Positions 39,076 to 47,756 of a DNA stretch of 64,000 nucleotides are shown here, one piece after another. The stretch is from contig JBDGQO010000033.1 in NCBI GenBank assembly GCA_042219045.1, positions 28,167 to 92,166 of the forward strand, in the 5' to 3' direction. The stretch comes from Candidatus Bipolaricaulia bacterium (GTDB lineage: Bacteria > Bipolaricaulota > Bipolaricaulia > RBG-16-55-9). The position numbers and the translations under genes are program-made. Positions within the stretch are counted from its first letter, which is position 1; each line of letters begins with the position of its first letter. The notes below the pieces were generated by a model. That model made no database searches. It was not told the DNA's origin and saw only the letters and a list, made by a program, of their open reading frames with translations.

Positions 39076-40390
39076 GGATCGCACCGGGCACCGATCCCGA
39101 GTCTATGGGCGCGAACGGGCGATTCTGGTCGGCGTCGTCGCCGACCGGAGCCCGGAGGAGCGCGAGATGATGCAGGAGCTCGTCGAGTTGAGCCGCACGG
39201 CGGGCATCGAGGTGCTGCGCGTGGTGACCCAGCGCCGCGATCGGCCCGATTCGGCGACGTTCATCGGCGCGGGCAAGGCCGATCAGCTATACGAGCTTGC
39301 CGCGGAGTCCGGGGCCGACGCGATCGTCTTCAACGACTCCCTGACGCCGGCCCAAGGCCGCAACCTCGAGGAACGCGTCGGCGTCAAGGTCATCGATCGG
39401 GCGCAGCTCATCCTTGACATCTTTGCACAACGGGCCGAGAGCAAGGAGTCGAAGCTCCAGGTCGAGTTGGCCCAATTGGAGTATCTGCTGCCGCGGTTGC
39501 GCGGCTGGGGCGAAGCCCTCGGCCAGATGGGCGGCGGCATCGGAACCCGAGGCCCGGGTGAGACGCGCCTGGAGATGGAGCGGCAGACGATCGAGCATCG
39601 CATCCACGACATCAAGGATCGGCTGGAGCAGGCAGCCAAAGAACGTCGCCTGCGCCGCAAGCGCCGCGACCGACAGTCGGTGCCGGAGATCGCGCTCGTC
39701 GGTTACACGAACACGGGGAAGTCGACGCTGCTGCGGGCATTGTGCGATACGGAAGCCCGCGTGGAGGATAAGCTGTTCGCCACCCTCTCGCCCAAGGTCC
39801 GCCAGGCCGAGTTGCCGGACGAGCGCCATGTCGTCTTTGTTGACACCGTCGGGTTCATCCGCAAGCTGCCGCACCAGCTCGTGCCGGCGTTCCGCGCGAC
39901 GCTGGAGTCCGCCGAAAAGGCCGAGCTGTTGATCAACGTGTTGGATGCCTCCAGCCGCAGCGTGCTGGAGCAGGCCCGGACCATCCAGGGCGTCTTGAAC
40001 GATTTGTTCGGGGACGAGGCACGGCCGCCCATGATACACGTTCTGAACAAGGTCGACCGGCTCGAGAGCGATGCGGACCTGAGACGTCTGCGGGAAGCGC
40101 GACTGGAACTGTCGCCGCTCGTGGAGGTCTCGGCCATCGACGAGCACAACCTTGACGGGCTGCTTGACGAGGTGAGCCGACTCCTGGCCTCAAGCCGTGA
40201 GCGGGTCCGTGTGGAGATCCCCTACAAACAAGCTGGGTTGGTGGAAAAGCTCCACGACTGGGGCCGCGTCCACGAGGAACGCTACGAGGCCGACGGCATC
40301 GTCATGGAAGCTGATCTTGACCGGGCCCAGATCGGGTCGCTGGAGAAACTGGGGGCCGAGAACGGCCTGCGGCTCATCCGCGCAACGTAA
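39056..40390 (+). CDS. hflX: GTPase HflX
   Basis: 444 aa. HflX N-terminal domain, G1 GYTNTGKSTLLRAL, DTVGF, NKVD. Confidence 0.9.
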   Translation: MSNRLIEDRTGHRSRVYGRERAILVGVVADRSPEEREMMQELVELSRTAGIEVLRVVTQRRDRPDSATFIGAGKADQLYELAAESGADAIVFNDSLTPAQGRNLEERVGVKVIDRAQLILDIFAQRAESKESKLQVELAQLEYLLPRLRGWGEALGQMGGGIGTRGPGETRLEMERQTIEHRIHDIKDRLEQAAKERRLRRKRRDRQSVPEIALVGYTNTGKSTLLRALCDTEARVEDKLFATLSPKVRQAELPDERHVVFVDTVGFIRKLPHQLVPAFRATLESAEKAELLINVLDASSRSVLEQARTIQGVLNDLFGDEARPPMIHVLNKVDRLESDADLRRLREARLELSPLVEVSAIDEHNLDGLLDEVSRLLASSRERVRVEIPYKQAGLVEKLHDWGRVHEERYEADGIVMEADLDRAQIGSLEKLGAENGLRLIRAT

Positions 40391-41411
40391 ACAGCAACGA
40401 TTCCAGCGTCAGCCGCGCGTTGGCGTTGGCCTGCAACAGCCTGGGGACGGCCTCCAACGCCTGAATGCACGCCCGGATGTGGGATGCGCTCGTCGCTGCC
40501 CGACGCGTCCGGAGTTCCTCTATCGCGTCCCGATGAAAAATACAGTCGTCAAATTCGCCCGCCAGCGCCATATCGCGATACCAGCGGAGCGCGTCGTGGA
40601 CAAAGGCCTCGAGCGCGGCTTCGCCCAGCTTGCTGAGTGCCTGCGCGGTCTCCAGGGTCTCATGGATCGGTTGATCCGCGAGTCGGCGCAAAAGCTCCCG
40701 CGTGCCTTCGTGGACCTGGACGGCGTCGTCACTGTCTAAAACCTCCGTCAGCGTCGCAAGGTCGGCGTCGCGCATAACCTCCTGCGCGCGGTCGCGGCGC
40801 TCCAGGACGTTGTCGGTCGGGTCCGATTCGGCGATAACGCCCGCCGCCCGGCTGGGAGCACCGTCGACGAGCGCGTTCCAATACGCGATTTCCTCGGTGG
40901 AGCGCCCATGCGAGCGGAGCGTCTCCTGGACGCGAGCGCGACTGGGCGGGGCGGCGCGCAGCACCTGACAGCGCGACAGGATGGTCGGCAGGAGCTGGCT
41001 CACGTGGCGCGCCAGCAACAGCACCATCGTCTGCGGCGGTGGGGCCTCCAGAAGCTTCAGGAGGCTGTTTGAGGCCTCGCGACTGAGGGCGTCGGCTTCC
41101 GCAAGCACGTAGACCTTCTGTGGGGCTTCCAACGGGCGGTAGCGGGCGTCCTGTTGGAGGTTGCGGACCTGATCGATGGAGATGTTGGCGCCCGATCGCT
41201 CGATCCAGCGCACGTCGGGATGGTTGGCGTTAAGGACCTTTTGGCAGGCGGGGCACGCGCGACAGCCCGCATCGGGACAGAGCAGGCGCAACAGAAGCGT
41301 CTCGGCAATCTCCGGCGTCCCCTCGCCCACAATGAGGTAGGCCTGCGACAAGTTCCCATCGGCCAACGCCTCGCCCCAGAGGGCCTCGATCGCGTCCATA
41401 ACCGATATCAT
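40374..41411 (-). CDS. holB: DNA polymerase III delta-prime subunit
   Basis: Trimmed to MISVMDAIEALW... (345 aa; alternative ATG 41399). AAA+-like, Zn-module CPDAGCRACPAC, LKLLEAPP motif. 17-nt convergent overlap with hflX. Confidence 0.8.
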   Translation of the reverse strand: MISVMDAIEALWGEALADGNLSQAYLIVGEGTPEIAETLLLRLLCPDAGCRACPACQKVLNANHPDVRWIERSGANISIDQVRNLQQDARYRPLEAPQKVYVLAEADALSREASNSLLKLLEAPPPQTMVLLLARHVSQLLPTILSRCQVLRAAPPSRARVQETLRSHGRSTEEIAYWNALVDGAPSRAAGVIAESDPTDNVLERRDRAQEVMRDADLATLTEVLDSDDAVQVHEGTRELLRRLADQPIHETLETAQALSKLGEAALEAFVHDALRWYRDMALAGEFDDCIFHRDAIEELRTRRAATSASHIRACIQALEAVPRLLQANANARLTLESLLFTLRG

Positions 41412-41465
41412 AGCGCACGACGCATGCCGATTTCGAGGCGAGAGACCTCGGCCTATAATGGATCG

Positions 41466-42398
41466 ATGATCGCATCCCCATGGCTCCTGGCGTTGGCCAT
41501 CGCCGTGCCGTTGACGCTCATCCTTGCCGACCGGCTTCGGGTTTGGGCGCCGACGTTCGGGCTCGTCGACTCGTCCGATCGGCGCAAGCCGCACTGCGGC
41601 GACGTTCCCGTGGGCGGGCTCGCCGTCATTGTCGGCAGCGTGGCGGCCCTGATCCCGTTGCTTATCCAGACGCCCTCGCTCGGCTGGTGGCTGGCCGGGG
41701 CGCTCGTCGTCTCGCTCGTGGGCCTTGTCGACGATCGTCTGTCCCTGTCACCGCTCGTGAAGCTCGGGGCTCACGCCGTCGCTGCAGGGCTGGCGCTCCA
41801 ACATGGCTGGGACGTGCGCGCTGTGTCGATCTTCGGATGGGAGGTCCAGCTGGGCATCGCGGCGGATCCCTTCGTCGGGATGTGGATCGTCGGCATGACG
41901 AACGCGTTCAACCTGACTGACGGGTTGGACGGCCTTGCGTGCGGCGCCGCGGTTGTGCTGGCCCTTGCGTCGGGCGTCATGAGCGCCGTCTCCAGCGATG
42001 GGCAGGCACTGGCAATCGGCTGCGCCCTGGGCGGGTCGGCGTTGAGCTTTCTGTGGTTCAATCGCCATCCGGCCCAGGTGTTCCTGGGCGACGGGGGCAG
42101 TTACTTCCTCGGCTTTCTGCTCGCGCTTGTGACCCTGCGAGCTGTCGATCCCGCCGGGTCGTCCCCGGTGCCGTTGGACGCGCTCGGGATCATGTGGGGA
42201 TACCCGATCGTCGACACGTCCTGGGCCATTGTGCGGCGAATCAAGGAAAAGCGCCCGATCCTGTCGCCGGATCGGGCGCATCTCCATCATCGCTTATTAA
42301 GCGCGGTCGGCCGCTATCGCACGAGCGTTTGGGCTCTCTATGGGGGCTTTGTGCTCTTGGCCATTGTCGGCGTTGCCGTGTGGACGCTCGGCCGTTAG
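41466..42398 (+). CDS. Glycosyltransferase family 4 (MraY/WecA-type polyprenyl-phosphate N-acetylhexosamine-1-phosphate transferase)
   Basis: Trimmed to ATG 41466 (MIASPWLLALAIAV...). NAFNLTDGLDGLA motif, about 10 TM. Confidence 0.8.
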   Translation: MIASPWLLALAIAVPLTLILADRLRVWAPTFGLVDSSDRRKPHCGDVPVGGLAVIVGSVAALIPLLIQTPSLGWWLAGALVVSLVGLVDDRLSLSPLVKLGAHAVAAGLALQHGWDVRAVSIFGWEVQLGIAADPFVGMWIVGMTNAFNLTDGLDGLACGAAVVLALASGVMSAVSSDGQALAIGCALGGSALSFLWFNRHPAQVFLGDGGSYFLGFLLALVTLRAVDPAGSSPVPLDALGIMWGYPIVDTSWAIVRRIKEKRPILSPDRAHLHHRLLSAVGRYRTSVWALYGGFVLLAIVGVAVWTLGR

Positions 42399-43099
42399 CG
42401 GCGCATGCCGAGGAACATCAGCACGAAGTAAGCCAGTTGCAGCACGGCGGTGGCCGCGGCCGCTACGTATGTCAACGCGGCGGCGTTGAGCACCTTGCCG
42501 ACGGATTGATGTTCCTGTTTGGAGGAGAGCGCGCCCACTTGGGGAAGGAGCTGCATGGCCCGGCTGCTGGCGTTGAACTCCACGGGCAATGTAACCAGCG
42601 TGAACACCACCATCGCGGCAAACGCGATAATGCCGACTAGCGCCAGTCCAGTGAAGTTCAGCAGGATGCCGCCAATGATGAGCCATGGGGCGAGCTGGCT
42701 CCCGATATTGGCCACGGGCACCACGGCGGAGCGGATCACCAAGGGCTGGTAGCGAGCGGCATCTTGGAGGGCGTGGCCGGCCTCGTGAGCGGCGACGCCG
42801 ATGTCGGCGAGCGACTTGCTCTCGGGATTGGAAAGGCGCAGGACCTTCTTCCTCGGGTCGTAGTGGTCCCCGAGCTGGCCGTCGATAGATTCGATGGCCA
42901 CGTCCCGCAGACGAGGTTGGCTCAGAGAAGTGGCGCCTCGGTCTAGGATGCGTTCCGCCACCTGTCGGGCCGTCAAGCCGGACGACGCGTTCACTTGCGC
43001 GAACTTGTTGTAGGTCCGCTTCACTTTGCTTTGCGCATAGATCGTCAAGATCAATGCGGGAGCCAGGAACAAGAGGTATAGGGGCGAAAAGAAGAACAT
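42395..43099 (-). CDS. YugP-like putative neutral zinc metallopeptidase (membrane)
   Basis: 234 aa, HEAGHALQ (HExxH), N- and C-terminal TM helices. Confidence 0.75.
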   Translation of the reverse strand: MFFFSPLYLLFLAPALILTIYAQSKVKRTYNKFAQVNASSGLTARQVAERILDRGATSLSQPRLRDVAIESIDGQLGDHYDPRKKVLRLSNPESKSLADIGVAAHEAGHALQDAARYQPLVIRSAVVPVANIGSQLAPWLIIGGILLNFTGLALVGIIAFAAMVVFTLVTLPVEFNASSRAMQLLPQVGALSSKQEHQSVGKVLNAAALTYVAAAATAVLQLAYFVLMFLGMRR

Positions 43100-43380
43100 A
43101 GCGGTCTCACCTCATTCGAGTAACCTGTGATCAGTCAGTCTTCGACATTATAGAGGGCTGTTCCGCCCCTCACAAGGCGGATGAACACGGCTTGAGGTGA
43201 CAAACCACTCGGACCCTGGGTGGTTCAACAGGGTAACACGCCCTGGTTCATTTCCATCATGAGATCATCCAGGGCTGGAGACACGAGATACCCCGATGAA
43301 GAACGACGCGCTTCCGTAGTGGCTGGAGGAGACGGATCTCACTCGCTATCATGAGGTCCATCGGGAAGCGAAACCGACAT

Positions 43381-43452
43381 TGGGGCGTGGTGTAATGGCA
43401 GCACTCCGGCCTTTGGAGCCGGCTGTGGAGGTTCAAATCCTCCCGCCCCAAC
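43381..43452 (+). tRNA. tRNA-Gln (anticodon TTG)
   Basis: Cloverleaf folded by hand: acceptor TGGGGCG/CGCCCCA, anticodon stem CCGGC/GCCGG with loop CTTTGGA, T-arm GAGGTTCAAATCCTC, discriminator A. CCA not encoded. Confidence 0.85.
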
Positions 43453-43459
43453 CCGCAGA

Positions 43460-44161
43460 ATGAATACACAATCGAATCTGGCGACCCTCTGCCAGTCCCT
43501 CGATCTGCCCCTCAGCGAAGCCGAACTCCAGGCAGCGTTTCTGCACAGCTCCTACGTCAACGAGTTGCCCGAGTCGGGGTTGACGTCCAATGAGCGACTG
43601 GAGTTTTTGGGAGACGCTGTCGTCGATCTGGCCGTCAGCGAATACCTCTTCGACAACGTCCCGCACGCCGAAGGCCGTCTGACGCGCATCAAAGCCGTGG
43701 TGGTGAGCGGCCCAACGCTCGCTGCCCGAGCTCGGCAGCTCCAGCTCCAGGACTGTCTCTATTTGGGCCGAGGCGAGGAGGCCTCGGGCGGACGCCAGCG
43801 GGAATCGATCCTGAGCGACACGTTCGAGGCGCTCGTTGGCGTCGTCTTTACACACCGCGGCTACGACGAGGCCGCGCGCTTCGTGCTCGATCAGCTGGAG
43901 GCCGACATTGAAAAGGCGCTGCGCGGCGAGCACCGACGAGATTACAAGACGCTGCTGCAGGAGCAGGCCCAGCGCCAGGGCCTCCGTCCGGTCTACTCGC
44001 TTGTGGCCGCCGAGGGCGCCGATCACGCCAAGCACTTCACGGTGCAGGTGGACCTGAACGGCGAGACAGCTCAGGGTGACGGGCGCCGCGTCAAGGACGC
44101 GGAACAAGCAGCCGCAAAACGGCTCTGCCAGCGTCTTGAAATCGTGGCAACGGAGGTCTAG
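43460..44161 (+). CDS. rnc: Ribonuclease III
   Basis: 233 aa. Signature ERLEFLGDAVVDL, dsRBD C-terminus. ATG is 8 nt after the tRNA-Gln 3' end, with no SD. Confidence 0.92.
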   Translation: MNTQSNLATLCQSLDLPLSEAELQAAFLHSSYVNELPESGLTSNERLEFLGDAVVDLAVSEYLFDNVPHAEGRLTRIKAVVVSGPTLAARARQLQLQDCLYLGRGEEASGGRQRESILSDTFEALVGVVFTHRGYDEAARFVLDQLEADIEKALRGEHRRDYKTLLQEQAQRQGLRPVYSLVAAEGADHAKHFTVQVDLNGETAQGDGRRVKDAEQAAAKRLCQRLEIVATEV

Positions 44162-44195
44162 AATAGCAACGATCCAGACGTCGGGAGGGACGCGC

Positions 44196-44477
44196 ATGCC
44201 CCAGAAGGTTTTCACCACCCCGGAAGGCACCCAAGTGGAAGACGACGCTGTGGAGGTCCAGCCGGTTTCGGTCAGCAACGCAGGGCCTATCGTCTGGGAA
44301 TACGATGACGACGAGCTCGCCCTGCAGCGTGTGGTGCTCCATCCGGACGGGGTTCGGCTCTGGAAGGCCGTCCATGAGATGGACAGCGACGGAAACCCGC
44401 TCATGACGTTCGAGCCCCACTTCGAAGCCGAGTCACACGACGACCGTCCTTCCGAGAACGAAAACGAACACGACTAA
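44196..44477 (+). CDS. Small acidic hypothetical protein (93 aa)
   Basis: Trimmed to ATG 44196 with GGGAGGGA SD. MPQKVFTTPEGTQVEDDAVE...; no recognisable motif. Confidence 0.45.
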   Translation: MPQKVFTTPEGTQVEDDAVEVQPVSVSNAGPIVWEYDDDELALQRVVLHPDGVRLWKAVHEMDSDGNPLMTFEPHFEAESHDDRPSENENEHD

Positions 44478-44666
44478 TCCCACCACCTGTTCGACCTACT
44501 TCTCCATCTGGCGATCACGGCCCGATGCGGCATTGTGGCCATAGTCACATGTCTGATCAGAACGTGATCGCGTACGTCCCCGAATCTCCAATGAGAGGGT
44601 CCCCGAACACGCACAACGCCTGAATGACCCAGAATCGCGTCCTTCCAGGCGTGGACAATCCGGCGC

Positions 44667-45137
44667 ATGCTGACGTTGGTGAGTCATACCATGCGCAAGC
44701 GTTGCACCCTTTCAGCCGTTATCGGGCTCATGGTCGTTCCCCTATTGATTGCCGGATGCACGTTCTGGATCCAGACCAGTGACGGTCGCGTGCGATCGGT
44801 CAACGTTCCCGACGACCACGTGGAACGGTTCGTCAATCGCATGGATCAGCTCAGCGCTGACCTTCTCCAGGAGACAGAGCGGATCGGCGACTATCGTCTT
44901 CGTCAAGCAGCGGTCGAACTTCGCTGGACATATACCCAAGCTGTCGAAGGCATTGGGCAAGGGACGCCGGCTAATCCCGTCGATCTGGAGAACATCGAGG
45001 CCAAACTGGATGCGTTTGAGCGACAGCTGGATCAGCGCTTAAGCTCAGGCGCGGAGCGGCAGCGCTATCGGACCGTCCTTTGGTATTTCCAGGAGATCGA
45101 ACGGGCATATCAAGAGTTCCGGGACGCCGTCCTGTAG
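44667..45137 (+). CDS. Hypothetical lipoprotein (signal peptide plus lipobox LIAGC), alpha-helical
   Basis: 156 aa; start may be 44691 (MRKRC...). No recognisable domain. Confidence 0.5.
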   Translation: MLTLVSHTMRKRCTLSAVIGLMVVPLLIAGCTFWIQTSDGRVRSVNVPDDHVERFVNRMDQLSADLLQETERIGDYRLRQAAVELRWTYTQAVEGIGQGTPANPVDLENIEAKLDAFERQLDQRLSSGAERQRYRTVLWYFQEIERAYQEFRDAVL

Positions 45138-45233
45138 ACTGGACCGATTCCCGAGCAAGGAACTCGACGTATCTGGCCAACCAATCAGGTCCTGCGGTGT
45201 CAGAGGAAGATTAAGGTACAGGCGGGCAGGCGG

Positions 45234-45309
45234 TGGTACGCCCGGGAGGACTCGAACCTCCGACCTCTGGCTCCGCAGGCCAGCGCTCTGTCCGCTGAGC
45301 TACGGGCGC
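45234..45309 (-). tRNA. tRNA-Arg-like with anticodon GCG (A20 and C35 Arg identity elements), encoded CCA
   Basis: Reverse complement GCGCCCGTAGCTCAGCGGACAGAGCGCTGGCCTGCGGAGCCAGAGGTCGGAGGTTCGAGTCCTCCCGGGCGTACCA folds as a 76-nt cloverleaf. Anticodon loop CUGCGGA. Close to E. coli tRNA-Arg(ACG) but with G34. Confidence 0.8.
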
Positions 45310-45449
45310 ATGCTTCGTTTAGTGTAATCCGCACCCGTTGCCCCGTCAAGCGAGCCGTGCATCTCGATGAGTGGGTTCCTGCACATGGAACGCATTGACA
45401 TTTGCGCCTTATCGTGGCAGGATAATTCCCGAAAGGAGGTGCTCAACCC

Positions 45450-45539
45450 ATGTCTTGGACGCTACTGTTCGCTTTCTGGTTCATCTTCTTGACCTTCTTG
45501 TTCGCCTTCCTCGTCGGCGGCCCGGCAACGACGTTCTAG
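45450..45539 (+). CDS. 29-aa Phe-rich hydrophobic micropeptide MSWTLLFAFWFIFLTFLFAFLVGGPATTF (single TM)
   Basis: Not in ORF track (under 60 aa). ATG with AGGAGG SD 10 nt upstream (GAAAGGAGGT). TTGACA...GATAAT promoter-like hexamers upstream, but 20-nt spacer. Stop TAG 45537-45539. Confidence 0.45.
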   Translation: MSWTLLFAFWFIFLTFLFAFLVGGPATTF

Positions 45540-45615
45540 GCAAAGCGCCTCGAACGATCGCGGTGCTACGGCGAGACGATCGTGGGGTTGGGGACCGTAG
45601 GCCAAGGAGGTCATC

Positions 45616-46440
45616 ATGAGGCCCTTACGGATAGGGTCGATCCTGCTTGTCGCTGCCGTCGTTGGAGCCGTCCTCGCGGTTCCGGCGCTCGGTCAAGGCG
45701 GATCAACCCAATCGCCGCTGAACGTAACCGTAACGACCGATCGACCCAATTACGATCCGGGCGATCTGGTCACGATCACGGTTCGAGTGACCCAAAACGG
45801 ACAGCCAACTTCGGCTCGGATCCACCGAGCCGTGCTCACCAAGTACAATCAGTGGGGCGTGGGCCAACAGCAGTCCATCGCCCGCCACTTCTACCAAAAG
45901 AGCCCTGGCGTTTTCGTTGCCCAGGCTAAGGCCGGGAAGCCCGGTCCGCGGCAGCTCTACGTCGCGGTCAAGACCTACCAAAAGAGCAAATGTGGCAGAT
46001 GTGTCGGCATCAAGGCCGCCGGCACGGGCTCTTTTAACGTCAAGCCACGCCGTTCGAAGGTCCGGATCTGCAAGCCGGACTACGTGGTCAAGCACGTCGT
46101 CAACGTGCCGGACTGGAACGTCGATCCGCCGGTCAGTTGGGAGCTGTCGAATCGGGTCCTAAGGAACATTCGCAGCAGAGCCGGCAACGTCACGTTCGAG
46201 CTGGCCCCGGCTGGCACGGCGGTGTGGAGTTCAATCCCGCCGTTCGGGGTCGTCAATGACGATCTCAACAACCTGAAGTACTCGAAGCTGTCGTTCAATT
46301 CGCAGACCGGAACGATTTCGGGCAACCTCGACTTTCGCGACGCAGACCGCAACAACCCGAACTGGCACTTCTACATCCGAGCCCTCAACAGTCAGGGCGA
46401 TGTGGTCGCAACGGTCTGGATGCACATCGCGTTCCGCTGA
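45616..46440 (+). CDS. Secreted two-domain hypothetical protein (N-terminal Ig-like domain with NYDPGDLVTITV motif; C-terminal unknown domain)
   Basis: 274 aa, signal peptide, AAGGAGG SD 5 nt upstream. Visibly lower GC than neighbours. Stop abuts xseA stop (TGATCA). Confidence 0.6.
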   Translation: MRPLRIGSILLVAAVVGAVLAVPALGQGGSTQSPLNVTVTTDRPNYDPGDLVTITVRVTQNGQPTSARIHRAVLTKYNQWGVGQQQSIARHFYQKSPGVFVAQAKAGKPGPRQLYVAVKTYQKSKCGRCVGIKAAGTGSFNVKPRRSKVRICKPDYVVKHVVNVPDWNVDPPVSWELSNRVLRNIRSRAGNVTFELAPAGTAVWSSIPPFGVVNDDLNNLKYSKLSFNSQTGTISGNLDFRDADRNNPNWHFYIRALNSQGDVVATVWMHIAFR

Positions 46441-47709
46441 TCAAGCGTCGGTTGACGCTTGGTCGTCATCGACGTCCAAGACCTCGCAGTGGAGACGGCT
46501 TCGGTGGAGCCGCACCCAGACGCGCTCGCGCGGTTCCACTGAGGCTGCTGATTTGACGACATCCCCATCATCACGTTCCACGATCGCATAGCCCCGTTGC
46601 AGCAAGGCCGTCGGGTTGGCCGCGGACAGTCGATCGGTCAGCGCGTCCAGACGCTCGCGCGCGGCGGTGAGACGCGACTGGAAGGCTCGGCTCAACAGAT
46701 CGCTCTGGTGATCGAGGGCCTGACGCGCGTCCTGGATGCGACGGACGGGGCGGCGGAACGCGTAACTTCCGATCAGCCGCTCGATGCGCAGTTCCTCGTT
46801 CTCCAGGCGAGTCCGTTCCCGTTGAGCCAGGCGTTGTGCCATGTCGTCAAGTTGGCCCATGATCTCGTCTCGATGGGGCGCAATAACCTCAGCGGCCGCC
46901 GACGGCGTGGGCGCTCGCACGTCGGCCACAAAGTCGGTAATGGTGAAGTCGACCTGGTGGCCCACCGCGGAGACGACCGGCAGCCGGGAATGGAAGATCG
47001 CGCGGGCGACGATCTCCTCGTTGAACGCCCAGAGATCCTCCAACGATCCGCCGCCCCGACCGACGATGAGCGCGTCCAACGGTTCGACCTCGCGGTCATA
47101 GCGATTGGCCTGCTGGATGGCGTGCGTGATCTCGGTTTTCGCCTCGTCTCCCTGAACCCGAACGGGCCAGAGTCGGAGCTCCAGCATGGGATACCGACGG
47201 GCGAGCACGGAGCAAATGTCGCGGAACGCTGCGCCGCTTCCGGAGGTCACCACGCCGACCCGCTGAGGAAATCGGGCCAATGGCCCCTTGTAGTTTTCCT
47301 CGAACAGCCCTTCGTTCTGGAGCTTTGCCTTCAGTTGTTCGAACGCCAATTGGAGTTTGCCGAGCCCCGCTTCCTTGAGCTGGCGGACGGCGATCTGGTA
47401 TTTCCCCCGGCGCTCGTAGATCGTCAGCGAGCCGAACGCGAGCACGTTCATGCCGTCCTCCGGCGTGAAGTCGAGATTTCTGACGTAACCGCGGAACATC
47501 ACGGCGTCCAACTCCGACGATTCGTCCTTCAGCGTGAAATAGCAGTGCCCGGAGCGAAATTGCCGGAAGTTGGAGATCTCGCCCTCGACCCAGAGCTTGG
47601 GAAACTCAACCTCCAGCTGCTCGCGCACGACGGCATTCAGGTCCGAGACGGTATAGACGCTCGGTCCGTCGGCGGACGCATCAAAGGGCAGCTCGTTCAT
47701 GGGCGGCAT
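46441..47709 (-). CDS. xseA: Exodeoxyribonuclease VII large subunit
   Basis: 422 aa. OB-fold N-terminus (VEGEISNFRQFRSGHCYFTLKD), catalytic core, coiled-coil C-terminus. Confidence 0.9.
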   Translation of the reverse strand: MPPMNELPFDASADGPSVYTVSDLNAVVREQLEVEFPKLWVEGEISNFRQFRSGHCYFTLKDESSELDAVMFRGYVRNLDFTPEDGMNVLAFGSLTIYERRGKYQIAVRQLKEAGLGKLQLAFEQLKAKLQNEGLFEENYKGPLARFPQRVGVVTSGSGAAFRDICSVLARRYPMLELRLWPVRVQGDEAKTEITHAIQQANRYDREVEPLDALIVGRGGGSLEDLWAFNEEIVARAIFHSRLPVVSAVGHQVDFTITDFVADVRAPTPSAAAEVIAPHRDEIMGQLDDMAQRLAQRERTRLENEELRIERLIGSYAFRRPVRRIQDARQALDHQSDLLSRAFQSRLTAARERLDALTDRLSAANPTALLQRGYAIVERDDGDVVKSAASVEPRERVWVRLHRSRLHCEVLDVDDDQASTDA

Positions 47710-47756
47710 AGCTCGAATAGATTAGTGTGATCCCTGAGTGCCAAGCAAGGGAGGCA

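Noticed and set aside
43100-43380. 281-nt non-coding stretch upstream of tRNA-Gln as a possible structured ncRNA (tmRNA/RNase P/SRP)
   Set aside because: No hallmark motifs of those RNAs recognised. More likely promoter/leader sequence for the YugP-like gene and the tRNA.
45450-45615. Phe-attenuator reading of the Phe-rich micropeptide
   Set aside because: No terminator/antiterminator pair with U-tract. Downstream gene unrelated to Phe biosynthesis or PheRS. A small membrane peptide is more parsimonious.
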